A stretch of 64,000 bases of DNA from an uncultured Flavobacteriales bacterium (GTDB lineage Bacteria; Bacteroidota; Bacteroidia; Flavobacteriales_D; Crocinitomicaceae): assembly GCA_913051935.1 (NCBI GenBank), contig CAJXCU010000004.1:3960-67959 (forward strand), read 5' to 3'. Position 1 is the first letter of the stretch; each line of letters begins with the position of its first letter. A program made the translations under genes and the position numbers. Shown one piece after another: positions 10,531 to 19,932 of the stretch. Below the pieces are notes generated by a model. It made no database searches, was not told where the DNA came from, and worked only from the letters and a program-made list of their open reading frames with translations.

Positions 10531-10644
10531 TTAAAATGTCTTATTTAGAATGATTACAAATTTATCGTCTTTTCTTAATTTTCAGTATACATGACACTTT
10601 TATGACAATAAATGGGGCATGACTACCGATATTTGTACTAAGGA

Positions 10645-11880
10645 ATGAGAAATAACCTCAAGCACTTAAAAATATTTGCCTTTACACATCATAAATTGGA
10701 TGTTGCAAAGATAGGTCTTCTCCATATTGAAACTGAAGATCAAGCCGCCAAAATGAGGCTTGTGAAACAAGAGTTTGGTATAGATGAGATTATGTTCCTT
10801 TCGACGTGCAACCGTGTAGAGTTTACCATCGTGAGTGGGAACGAAATTTCTGCTGAAAAGTTTATCAAATACTTGTATCCAGATCTATCTGATGTCCTTG
10901 TTCAAGACTTCGTATTAAACATAGATGAATATAAGGGAGAGAATGCAGTCTCGCATTCCCTATCCGTTGCCTCTTCTATTGAATCTATGATTGTTGGAGA
11001 GCGAGAAATTATTACCCAAGTTCGAAACGCTTTTGAGCTTTCAAATGCAAGTGGATTAACAGGAGATTTTTTGCGATTGCTTATTCGTCAAGTTATAGAG
11101 ACAGCAAAAAAGGTTTATACACAAACGAGCATTGCAACAAAACCAGTATCTGTTGTGTCCTTAGCTTACCACAAGCTTAAAAAGTTAAATATTCCTCTTG
11201 ACTCACGAATCTTAATCATTGGTTCTGGAGCGACAAACTCCAACATGTGTAAGTTTCTTAAAAAGCACGGGTTCAGTAACTTCATCCTTTTTAATAGAAC
11301 TTTGGCCAATGCTGAACCACTTGCAAAAGAGTTAAATGCTCCCTATCATCCACTGTCAGAATTGTCTTCTTACAAAAAAGGTTTTGATGTTATTTTGACT
11401 TGTACAGGTGCCAACCACAATGTTGTCTCCCTTGAGACCTATGAAAGTCTTTTAAATGGGGATACAGGATTGAAAACACTTATAGATATTGCGATACCAC
11501 AAGATATTTCTCCTCAAATCGTTCAAAGGCACAAAGTCCATTACTTGTCCATTGACATACTACAAAAAATATCCAATGCCAATTTAAAGGTTCGTGCAAA
11601 TGAAGTCGATTGTGTAAAAGCGATTGTCGACCAGGCATTAGAAGATTTTATTCAGTTGGTTGAAGAACGAAATGTCGAGCTGGTGATGCAGGACGTTCCT
11701 CGGCAAGTCAAAGCCATTAAAGAAACAGCTCTAGATGAGGTTTTTAAGCGCGATATGGAAGAATTAAATCCTGAAGCGCGAGAAGTTTTAGATAAAGTGC
11801 TCGGTTATGTAGAAAAAAAGTACATTAGCGGGCCAATGAAACTTGCAAAGGAAATCATCTTAAAAAATGCCGCAAACTAA
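10645..11880 (+). CDS. hemA: Glutamyl-tRNA reductase
   Basis: FLSTCNRVEFT active-site Cys block. SMIVGEREIITQVRNA. Rossmann motif ILIIGSGATN. Followed by hemC and hemD. Confidence 0.85.
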   Translation: MRNNLKHLKIFAFTHHKLDVAKIGLLHIETEDQAAKMRLVKQEFGIDEIMFLSTCNRVEFTIVSGNEISAEKFIKYLYPDLSDVLVQDFVLNIDEYKGENAVSHSLSVASSIESMIVGEREIITQVRNAFELSNASGLTGDFLRLLIRQVIETAKKVYTQTSIATKPVSVVSLAYHKLKKLNIPLDSRILIIGSGATNSNMCKFLKKHGFSNFILFNRTLANAEPLAKELNAPYHPLSELSSYKKGFDVILTCTGANHNVVSLETYESLLNGDTGLKTLIDIAIPQDISPQIVQRHKVHYLSIDILQKISNANLKVRANEVDCVKAIVDQALEDFIQLVEERNVELVMQDVPRQVKAIKETALDEVFKRDMEELNPEAREVLDKVLGYVEKKYISGPMKLAKEIILKNAAN

Positions 11881-12763
11881 GCCAATTATAATCGGAACGC
11901 GGGGAAGTGATCTTGCGTTATGGCAAGCGAATTTTGTCCGAAAAGAATTAGAGCGGATAGGGCATAAGGTTCACATTGAAATTATAACGACCCAGGGCGA
12001 TAAGGTTCAAGATTTGGGCTTTGACAAAATGGAGGGGAAAGGGTTTTTTACGAAAGAAATTGAAGCCGCTCTATTAAAGAGAGACATTGATTTAGCGGTA
12101 CACTCCCATAAAGATTTAGAAACAAAACAGCCCGAAGGTTTAAAAGTTGCTGCCGTGTCTGCTAGGGAAAATCCATGTGAACTACTTTTGGTTTGCGAAT
12201 CTGCGTATCAAGAAAATGCCCTGTGGGGACTGAGAAAAGATGCGGTTGTTGGAACATCATCCGCACGGCGAAAGTCACAGCTCTTGGCCTTGAGACAAGA
12301 TGTTCAAATAAAGGAATTAAGAGGAAATGTACCTACGCGTGTAGAAAAATTAAGGTCAGGCGAATATGATGCCATTCTTTTAGCAAAAGCGGGGGTTCTT
12401 CGTTTAGAACTAGACCTTTCCGGTCTCGTATCTATTGATTTGACACCAGATGAATTTGTGCCAGCTCCAGCACAAGGAGTTCTTGCGCTTCAGATTCGGT
12501 CAGTGGATGCTGAGCTTCAGAATATTTTAAAGCAATTAAATGATTCCAAGGTTCAAAAAATTGTTCACTTAGAACGTTCTGTACTCAATCTAATGGATGG
12601 AGGTTGTCAATTGCCACTTGGTGTATATTGTGATAATAAGTATGTCCATGTTTCATTTTCAGACGATGCAATGCATCCATCTCGTTACTTTCGTTTTCCG
12701 TTCAAAGATGATCCTGAATTTCCGAGAAAAATTGTTGAGCATCTGCAACATCAGCAAGTTTGA
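11867..12763 (+). CDS. hemC: Hydroxymethylbilane synthase (porphobilinogen deaminase)
   Basis: IIIGTRGSDLALWQA, AVHSHKDL, RGNVPTRVEKL, and the cofactor Cys block DGGCQLPLG. Overlaps hemA by 14 nt. Confidence 0.9.
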   Translation: MPQTKPIIIGTRGSDLALWQANFVRKELERIGHKVHIEIITTQGDKVQDLGFDKMEGKGFFTKEIEAALLKRDIDLAVHSHKDLETKQPEGLKVAAVSARENPCELLLVCESAYQENALWGLRKDAVVGTSSARRKSQLLALRQDVQIKELRGNVPTRVEKLRSGEYDAILLAKAGVLRLELDLSGLVSIDLTPDEFVPAPAQGVLALQIRSVDAELQNILKQLNDSKVQKIVHLERSVLNLMDGGCQLPLGVYCDNKYVHVSFSDDAMHPSRYFRFPFKDDPEFPRKIVEHLQHQQV

Positions 12764-13428
12764 GAAATATATTTATTTCAAAAAATGCTAGCGAGCTAGA
12801 TTTTCTAGATGATTTCAAGGGGAGTGATACCCTAGGATTTGAATGTCGATCATTGATTGATTTTGTGCCTGTTTTTTTTGATTTGATAGATGACTTTGAG
12901 GTTATTTTTTTCTCGAGCATTCGATCTGCTAAATTTTTATTCGAATCTAAAAAAATCAATCTCGCTAAATACAGTATTGCATGTGCAGGACCGCAGACGG
13001 CTTTGAAGCTGACTGAAATGGGTTTGGAGGTTGATTTCATTGCCGCGAATGCAAGCAATCCAGAATATGTGTCCAAGCAGTTTTCAGCTTGGTTAGGGCT
13101 TAGAAAGGTTTTTATTCCTTCATCCGATCGGTCTTTACGCTCGGTAGAGCAATCCATTTCGGCTGATCAAATACAGCATGCTATAGTATATGAAACACTA
13201 TTGCTTCCATTAAAAATTGTCCCTGCAGATATACTCGTTTTTACGAGTCCAAGTAATGTTCATGCATTTTTTATTGAAAACGAGATTTTAGCTGATAGCA
13301 AAGTAATAGCCTGGGGGCATTCAACCAACAAGGCCTTGCTACATTATGATTGTCAGCCCTCTCATATACTGAAAGAAGGGACGCTTGATGAACTTAAATC
13401 TGTCTTGGAATCTATACTATATGATTGA
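12760..13428 (+). CDS. hemD: Uroporphyrinogen-III synthase (divergent)
   Basis: Position directly after hemC (TTGA start/stop overlap). Size of about 220 aa and two-lobe HemD-like pattern (IFFSSIRSAKF..., ILVFTSPSNVHAF). TTG start; no in-frame ATG nearby. Confidence 0.55.
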   Translation: MRNIFISKNASELDFLDDFKGSDTLGFECRSLIDFVPVFFDLIDDFEVIFFSSIRSAKFLFESKKINLAKYSIACAGPQTALKLTEMGLEVDFIAANASNPEYVSKQFSAWLGLRKVFIPSSDRSLRSVEQSISADQIQHAIVYETLLLPLKIVPADILVFTSPSNVHAFFIENEILADSKVIAWGHSTNKALLHYDCQPSHILKEGTLDELKSVLESILYD

Positions 13429-13488
13429 TGTAAAACAATGGAAACTATAAAATAGCGTTTTAAAGCTCAAGGTCTTATCTTCGTTAGG

Positions 13489-16400
13489 ATGTCAGCTATG
13501 AAAATTATACTTGCTATTTCGCTCTGCTCTGTATTTTACTTAGGTTCATATTGTCAAGATGCTGGTCTCCGTACGAAAACATTAAAGGTCACCGATTCTA
13601 TTCGATTAGATACCTTGAGTATTTTTCCAAATTCATTCAAGGTCTTCGTCAATGAGGTTCCATTATCAATTTCTCAATATCGCTTGAATTTTTCATCTGC
13701 CTTGTTTGTTTTAAATCAGCCCATTGAAGATTCCATATGTTTTGTGTATCAAGTTTTTCCATTTGATTTGTCTAAAAAATATCAGTTACGAGATAGCACT
13801 GTAGTATTTGATAAGGATAGGGACAACAGTGCTTTATTTAAGATTGAAAACTTTTTTTCTGTTGACGATGTCTTCGGGGGAAATGAATTGAATAAAAATG
13901 GTTCGATTTCAAGGGGCATTGCTTTTGGAAACAACCAAGATTTGGGGATTAATTCTTCTTTGAATTTGGAACTTTCAGGAAAGATATCTTCCAATTTAAA
14001 AATATTGGCATCTGTCTCTGACGCCAATATACCAATACAACCAGAGGGAAATACCAATAAACTTCAGGAATTTGATAAGGTATTTATTCAGATTTATAAT
14101 GATAGACTGAAGTTGATCGCAGGAGATTTTTGGCTTTCTAAACCCATAGGGTATTTTATGAATTATCGCAAACGAGCACAAGGTTTAAGTGTCAATTATA
14201 CATGGAACAAGCAGAAAGATAAGGTTTGGACCACCCAACTCAGCGGTGCACTCTCAAAAGGTAAATTTAATAGGCAGATTATTCAAGGTATTGAGGCAAA
14301 TCAGGGGCCATATCGTCTTGTAGGTGCCGAAAACGAGCCTTTTATTATTGTACTTTCTGGGACAGAAAAAGTATTCATTGACGGTCGCCTTCTAGAGCGA
14401 GGCCAGGAGTATGATTATACGATTGACTATAATACTTCAGAAATTATTTTTACTTCGAGAAATTTAATTACTAAGGATACCCGAATTGTAGCCGAATTTC
14501 AGTATTCTGATCAAAATTATGCACGTTCACTATTACAGCATGCCCTATCTTATCAGTCAAAAAAAATTGATTTTTGGATGAATATATATGCTGAGCAAGA
14601 TGCAAAAAATCAACCCCTACAGCAAGATTTATCTAGTACTCAGCGTTCTTATTTGGCTGGTATTGGTGATAGTTTAGATCTCGCTGTTGTTAATTCCGTT
14701 GATTCTGTGGGTTTTTTCGACAATCAAAACCTGTATAAACTAATTGATTCATTGGGTTTTGACTCCATTTTGGTTTTTAGTATAAATCCAGACTCTGCTG
14801 TTTATCGTGTGTTCTTCGAATTCGTTGGTGATGGAAATGGGGATTATATATTAGAAAGCTATAATGCCTTGGGTAAAGTATTCAAATGGATAGCGCCAGA
14901 GAATAATATTGCTCAGGGGAATTATCGGGCTGCGCGAAGTATCATTACCCCCAAAAAACAACAAATGTTTAGCTCTGGTTTGAAATGGAAGTATTCAAAG
15001 TCGAGTTATGTTGAGTCTGAATGGGCAATAAGTAATACGGATTTAAATACCTATTCCGATCTTTCCAAAGCCGATAATATAGGGTATTCAAATCGAACAA
15101 GATGGATGAATACCAGCTCATTTGGTAAAGTGGATACGTTAACTTTATGGTCCCTTCAAACAAAGGCAGAGATTGAATACCTTTCTTCATCTTTTAAACC
15201 TGTGCAGCAATATAGAGCAGTTGAATTTGACCGGGATTGGAATACGCGTTTTAAGGGGTACCAGGGCCATCAAATTCTAGGCACATTGGGAACAAAAATC
15301 GTCCATAAAAAGAGAGGCTCGATTTCGTTAGACGCCCAACATTTTTCGGTGGGTTCGGATTACAGCGGTCAGCGCGCATATTCTAAGGGAAATTGGAAAC
15401 AAAAAGGTTGGGATGCGCAATGGGATGCGAGCTATTTGCAGGCCAATTCAGAGGCAAAAAGTAGTTTTTTAAGGCACAGATTGAATCTTTCAAAGAAGCT
15501 TGGACCGTTAAGAATTGGCTACAAGGATGATCATGAGAGGAACCGTTATAGAGATTCCAGCTTTTCTATTTCCGACCAGAGTTACGAGTTTTTTGATTAC
15601 CAGTTCTACTTAGCCAATCAGGATACCAGCAAAATCGAGTACAAGCTGTATTATCGAGAGCGATATGATCGAAGATTAGATTCGGAAAGTTTTGAAAGAA
15701 CGGCCATTGCCAAAACGACAGGAGCAGAGCTTCAAATAAATAGCCTAAAAAATCAGAAGCTTACTTTTTTATCAGGATATCGTTCTTTGGATGTTTTGGA
15801 CACGGTACTCATGAATCAAACACCAGAAAACTCTGTAATTGGTCGACTAGAATACGCATTTAAGGCATGGAAAAATGCTGTTCAGTGGTCTACGTTTTAT
15901 GAGATAGGATCGGGTCTCGAACAAAAAAGAGAGTTCCTTTACATTCAGGTCAATGACGGTCAAGGGGTATATACCTGGATAGATTACAATGAGGACGGTA
16001 TAAAAGATCTAAATGAATTTGAAATTTCTCAGTTTATCGACCAAGCGAATTATATACGCGTTTTTGTTCCTAGTAATGCATACGTAACAACTTATTTTAA
16101 CGAGTTCAATCAAACAGTTTACCTGCGACCTGAGCGCATTTGGTCTCGAAAAAAAGGAATGCTCAAGGCTTTATCATTGTTTTCTGACCAAGTACGATTT
16201 AGGGTCAATAAAAAATCCAATGCTTTTCTCGATGGTTCTGTATTTAACCCTATAAATAATAGGATTGCCGATACCAATCTTATTTCTACTACAGCTTTTG
16301 TTCGGAATTCTCTTTTTTTCAATAGAACAGGTTCAATATTTGGAGCTAGATATATATTTCAGGAGAATCAATCTAAAACACTATTGGCCTCAGGTTTTGA

Positions 16401-16935
16401 TTCGAAATTGGCATTATTTCATGAAATAAACGCTCGCTGGAATATTACGCCAAAATTTTCTTTGCTCGCTACGGTTCAAGATGGAATAAAAAATACGATA
16501 GCGGATTATACGTCAGGAAGGGATTATTCCATAAACTATTCGTGGTTAAAGACCTCTATTAGCTATCAGCCGAGCACTAATTTTCGGGTTACCTTGGATG
16601 GTAGAATCGTGGATAAAAAAAATGATCCAGCTTTCGGAGTAGAATTCTGCAAGATCAGTGACATAGGAACTACATTTAAGTACAATCAAACAGATAAAGG
16701 AAGTCTTCAAGGTGCGATTAAACTTTTGAAAATTACTTTCGATGGCATCGAAAATTCTGCTGTTGGTTTTGAAATGCTTGAGGCACTGCGTCCAGGACTA
16801 AATTATACCTGGACCTTCGGATATCAAAAGACGGTTTCAAAAAACTTACAGCTCTCCATACAGTATCTGGGAAGAAAATCCGAGAATACAAGAATCATTC
16901 ATACTGGCGGAATGGAACTTCGTGCTTTCTTTTAA
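13489..16935 (+). CDS. Large conserved-looking outer-membrane protein of unknown function (predicted beta-barrel)
   Basis: 1148 aa. Signal peptide MKIILAISLCSVFYLGSYCQ. Long stretches of alternating-polarity strands rich in Y/F/N/S. C-terminal aromatic residues (MELRAFF) are typical of OMP beta-signals. I recognise no catalytic motif. Confidence 0.5.
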   Translation: MSAMKIILAISLCSVFYLGSYCQDAGLRTKTLKVTDSIRLDTLSIFPNSFKVFVNEVPLSISQYRLNFSSALFVLNQPIEDSICFVYQVFPFDLSKKYQLRDSTVVFDKDRDNSALFKIENFFSVDDVFGGNELNKNGSISRGIAFGNNQDLGINSSLNLELSGKISSNLKILASVSDANIPIQPEGNTNKLQEFDKVFIQIYNDRLKLIAGDFWLSKPIGYFMNYRKRAQGLSVNYTWNKQKDKVWTTQLSGALSKGKFNRQIIQGIEANQGPYRLVGAENEPFIIVLSGTEKVFIDGRLLERGQEYDYTIDYNTSEIIFTSRNLITKDTRIVAEFQYSDQNYARSLLQHALSYQSKKIDFWMNIYAEQDAKNQPLQQDLSSTQRSYLAGIGDSLDLAVVNSVDSVGFFDNQNLYKLIDSLGFDSILVFSINPDSAVYRVFFEFVGDGNGDYILESYNALGKVFKWIAPENNIAQGNYRAARSIITPKKQQMFSSGLKWKYSKSSYVESEWAISNTDLNTYSDLSKADNIGYSNRTRWMNTSSFGKVDTLTLWSLQTKAEIEYLSSSFKPVQQYRAVEFDRDWNTRFKGYQGHQILGTLGTKIVHKKRGSISLDAQHFSVGSDYSGQRAYSKGNWKQKGWDAQWDASYLQANSEAKSSFLRHRLNLSKKLGPLRIGYKDDHERNRYRDSSFSISDQSYEFFDYQFYLANQDTSKIEYKLYYRERYDRRLDSESFERTAIAKTTGAELQINSLKNQKLTFLSGYRSLDVLDTVLMNQTPENSVIGRLEYAFKAWKNAVQWSTFYEIGSGLEQKREFLYIQVNDGQGVYTWIDYNEDGIKDLNEFEISQFIDQANYIRVFVPSNAYVTTYFNEFNQTVYLRPERIWSRKKGMLKALSLFSDQVRFRVNKKSNAFLDGSVFNPINNRIADTNLISTTAFVRNSLFFNRTGSIFGARYIFQENQSKTLLASGFDSKLALFHEINARWNITPKFSLLATVQDGIKNTIADYTSGRDYSINYSWLKTSISYQPSTNFRVTLDGRIVDKKNDPAFGVEFCKISDIGTTFKYNQTDKGSLQGAIKLLKITFDGIENSAVGFEMLEALRPGLNYTWTFGYQKTVSKNLQLSIQYLGRKSENTRIIHTGGMELRAFF

Positions 16936-16968
16936 AATCTTTGTAATTTAAAGGGCACTTTAACGTTC

Positions 16969-18219
16969 ATGGAAGAATACGGAAAAATATTATTGATCGC
17001 AATGCCAACCTTTTTGGTTCTTGTGCTCCTAGAGAAGGTTTATGGCTATCTCAAGGGTCACGATACCGTTCCACTTGATGATGCCGTATCTAGTTTGAGT
17101 TCCGGAATGACAAATGTGCTTAAAGATGTTTTGGGGCTTTCCATAGGAATTATCTCTTACGAATGGCTTTTCTCTAAGCTTGCGATTTTTAGTATTGAAA
17201 ATACAGTGATTGTTTACGCCATAGCATTTCTTGTAATTGACTTCTATGGATATTGGTCTCATCGATTTGCACATAAGGTCAATTTATTTTGGAACCACCA
17301 TGTAATTCATCACAGTAGCGAAGAATTTAATCTAGCATGTGCTTTAAGACAACCAATATCAGGCATTTTTAAGTTTTTCACTTTTTTACTTATTCCTGCA
17401 GCGATCATGGGTGTTCCTCCTGAGGTGATTTCTATTGTTCTTCCTCTGCATTTGTTTATGCAATTCTGGTACCATACCCGCCATGTTGGGAAATTAGGAT
17501 TTATTGAGTACATACTTGTTACCCCATCTCACCATCGAGTGCACCATGCAATTAATCCAGAATATATGGATAAGAATTTGAGTCAGATATTTATTTTTTG
17601 GGACTTTATGTTTGGGACTTTCCAAGAGGAATTAGATGATGTTCCGCCAGTATTTGGGGTTTCAAGGCCGGCATTAACTTGGAATCCATTTAAAATTAAT
17701 TTTCAACACTTTTTTATTCTTTGTAGAGATGCTTGGTATGCGAACAACTTAGCGGATAAGTTGACCATATGGTTCCGACCAACGGGATGGAGACCAAGAG
17801 GTTTTGATAAACTTTATCCTGTAAATAAAATAGAAGATGTTTATGGTTTTGCAAAATATAAGCCTGCTTTAACTCATTTTCAGCTTACTTGGGGGATTAC
17901 ACATCTCTTTGTAGTGATGTTTTTTTTATTAGATCTTTTTTCTCGTCTTGGTTCACTTCCCTTTCTACAAATATTAGTTTACGGAGCATATATATTTTTG
18001 ACGATTTATTCTTTAACTGATCTTATGGATAAAAATAAGTGGAATTTTTTATTTGAAATTTTTAGACTTTCAATGGCATTGTCCATTGGCTTTTGGTTAG
18101 AATCTTGGTTTGGTTATTCTACGCTCCTTTATTTGGTTTATGCATATCAGATTATGGCCATTCTGATTTCTATTATATTTTACAGAAATGAGACCAAGAA
18201 GGCAATTGTTTTATTCTAA
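16969..18219 (+). CDS. Fatty acid hydroxylase / sterol desaturase superfamily membrane di-iron oxygenase (alkylglycerol monooxygenase-like)
   Basis: His boxes HRFAH, WNHHVIHHSSEEFN and HHRVHH. Multiple TM helices, including an extra C-terminal polytopic extension of about 190 aa. Confidence 0.75.
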   Translation: MEEYGKILLIAMPTFLVLVLLEKVYGYLKGHDTVPLDDAVSSLSSGMTNVLKDVLGLSIGIISYEWLFSKLAIFSIENTVIVYAIAFLVIDFYGYWSHRFAHKVNLFWNHHVIHHSSEEFNLACALRQPISGIFKFFTFLLIPAAIMGVPPEVISIVLPLHLFMQFWYHTRHVGKLGFIEYILVTPSHHRVHHAINPEYMDKNLSQIFIFWDFMFGTFQEELDDVPPVFGVSRPALTWNPFKINFQHFFILCRDAWYANNLADKLTIWFRPTGWRPRGFDKLYPVNKIEDVYGFAKYKPALTHFQLTWGITHLFVVMFFLLDLFSRLGSLPFLQILVYGAYIFLTIYSLTDLMDKNKWNFLFEIFRLSMALSIGFWLESWFGYSTLLYLVYAYQIMAILISIIFYRNETKKAIVLF

Positions 18220-18295
18220 TTAAAGGCCCTAAGTATGCTGCTCCAATACAACATATGATATTTAAAAACCCGAACCAAAAGCTTATTTTTGTTTT

Positions 18296-19453
18296 ATGTC
18301 AAAGAAGAAAGGGTTGGCCATTCTTGGTGCCACTGGATATATAGGCAAGCAAGCTATTGAAATTGTTGATACTTATCCAGATTATTTTGATTTACAAGTC
18401 TTGACAGCATATTCCAATGCAGATCTGTTAATTGCGCAAGCACTGAAGTTGCAGCCCAATATTGTTGTCATTGTTGATGAAGCCCAATATAAAAAAGTAA
18501 GTGAAGCGCTTTGGGCAGCTGATATTCACGTATATGCTGGAAAAGATGCGCTGTCTCAAGTACTTGAGTCGGGCGAAGTTGAAATTGTACTGAATGCGAT
18601 TACAGGTTTTGCTGGTATAGTACCAACAATTGCCGCAATTAACGCAAAAAAAAATGTCGCTTTAGCCAATACAGAATCAATTGTGGTTGCAGGAGAATTA
18701 GTGACAAAATTGGCACAAAAACATGGGGTAAATATATATCCTGTAGGCGCTCAACAATCCTCTATTTTTCAATGTCTTGTGGGTGAATTTCAAAATAAAA
18801 TTGAAAAGATTTTCTTATGTACACAGATTGGGGATCTGCAAAATATGAATCTAAAGCAGCTTCATGAAGTCACGAAGGAGACACTCATAAAAGATCCAAT
18901 ATCATATGGCCATGCTAAGCGAGGGGTGGATTCGGCAAGTATGATTCATTCCGGTTTTTCGGTAATACAAGCTAGGTGGATGTTTAACCTTAAACCGAAC
19001 CAAATGGATATACTTGTTCAAAAAAAAGCCTTTGTAAATGGTCTTGTTCAATTTGAAGACGGCGTTATGAAGTCATTAGTGGCTTTTTCTGACCCGAGCT
19101 TACCTATTCAATTTGCATTGACTTACCCAGAGCGTTTTAAAACCAACTACGCTCGGTTTAATTTTCTCGAGCGCCCTGAGCTAACTTTAGAGCACCCAAA
19201 TCCACTCCTAATACAAAATATTGAACTCTCTCGATATGCATTAAAAATGGGAGGGACAGCAGCTTGCGTTTTGAATGCAGCCAATGATGTTGCTATAGAT
19301 GCTTTTCTGAGTCGTAAAATCCGTTTTCCCGAGATAGCAAAGCTCAATAATGATATTTTAATGGCTGCGGAGGTCATTAAAGATCCGATTTATGAAGACT
19401 ATTTGGCTTGTGATTACGCAACTCGGCAAGCCGCTATAAACCTTATATCATGA
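18296..19453 (+). CDS. 1-deoxy-D-xylulose-5-phosphate reductoisomerase homologue with a degenerate active site (probable pseudoenzyme or repurposed paralogue)
   Basis: Full-length DXR fold signature: LAILGATGYIG, ALANTESIV, IFQC, VDSAS..ARWMF, NAANDVAIDAFL. However PVDSEH is PVGAQQ and MMNKGLE is MIHSGFS (see findings). Confidence 0.7.
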   Translation: MSKKKGLAILGATGYIGKQAIEIVDTYPDYFDLQVLTAYSNADLLIAQALKLQPNIVVIVDEAQYKKVSEALWAADIHVYAGKDALSQVLESGEVEIVLNAITGFAGIVPTIAAINAKKNVALANTESIVVAGELVTKLAQKHGVNIYPVGAQQSSIFQCLVGEFQNKIEKIFLCTQIGDLQNMNLKQLHEVTKETLIKDPISYGHAKRGVDSASMIHSGFSVIQARWMFNLKPNQMDILVQKKAFVNGLVQFEDGVMKSLVAFSDPSLPIQFALTYPERFKTNYARFNFLERPELTLEHPNPLLIQNIELSRYALKMGGTAACVLNAANDVAIDAFLSRKIRFPEIAKLNNDILMAAEVIKDPIYEDYLACDYATRQAAINLIS

Positions 19454-19932
19454 AAATAATGCTCTTTTTAAGTACTTTGATTTTTCTGCTTTTTTCTTGC
19501 AAACATGTGGTGGTTTTAAAAGCACAACTGCATCATTCACATTGTGGCGGAGCTCCTCCCACGCCCGAGTCATTTAAAGGTTTTGATACTGAGCACGATA
19601 TGTATGTTTGTATTGTAGGTGAAAATGATTCCATTCATATACGCGTAAATGGAGTGCGAGAAGTAAAATTACGACCGGGAAATTATCATTGGTATCAAGG
19701 CGCTAAGCTTGCAGAGACAACAGACGTTCTCGATGAGCTTCAAATGAATTTAGATTCAAACTTTGTGCTCGATGGTGGTGCAGTATGTATCGATGAATGG
19801 AAGAAAAAATTTGATGGAGCATTTACAGTAAGTCAGCAAACCGATACTATTGTGCTCAATCTTAAGTATCGATGCTATACCGGAATACTTCCTTTTCCAT
19901 GTGTGAAATATTTGGGGCCTATTTATCAGTAG
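19450..19932 (+). CDS. Small Cys-containing lipoprotein, function unknown
   Basis: Lipobox LLFSC in MKIMLFLSTLIFLLFSCKH. ATGA start/stop overlap with the DXR-like gene. The 3' end overlaps the mfd 3' end by 14 nt (convergent). Confidence 0.55.
   Translation: MKIMLFLSTLIFLLFSCKHVVVLKAQLHHSHCGGAPPTPESFKGFDTEHDMYVCIVGENDSIHIRVNGVREVKLRPGNYHWYQGAKLAETTDVLDELQMNLDSNFVLDGGAVCIDEWKKKFDGAFTVSQQTDTIVLNLKYRCYTGILPFPCVKYLGPIYQ

Noticed and set aside
10531-10644. TAnnTTTG-type promoter upstream of hemA (GATATTTGTA)
   Set aside because: The sequence gives only TATTTG, one nucleotide short of the TAnnTTTG consensus, so I did not call it.
12702-13157. 151-aa minus-strand ORF inside hemD
   Set aside because: It is antisense to a gene whose position in a hemA-hemC-hemD operon is well supported. 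No motifs, and no start context.
18296-19453. Calling this gene a functional dxr
   Set aside because: The three metal ligands and several substrate-contact residues known from E. coli DXR are substituted. I therefore withheld the gene symbol and the enzymatic call.
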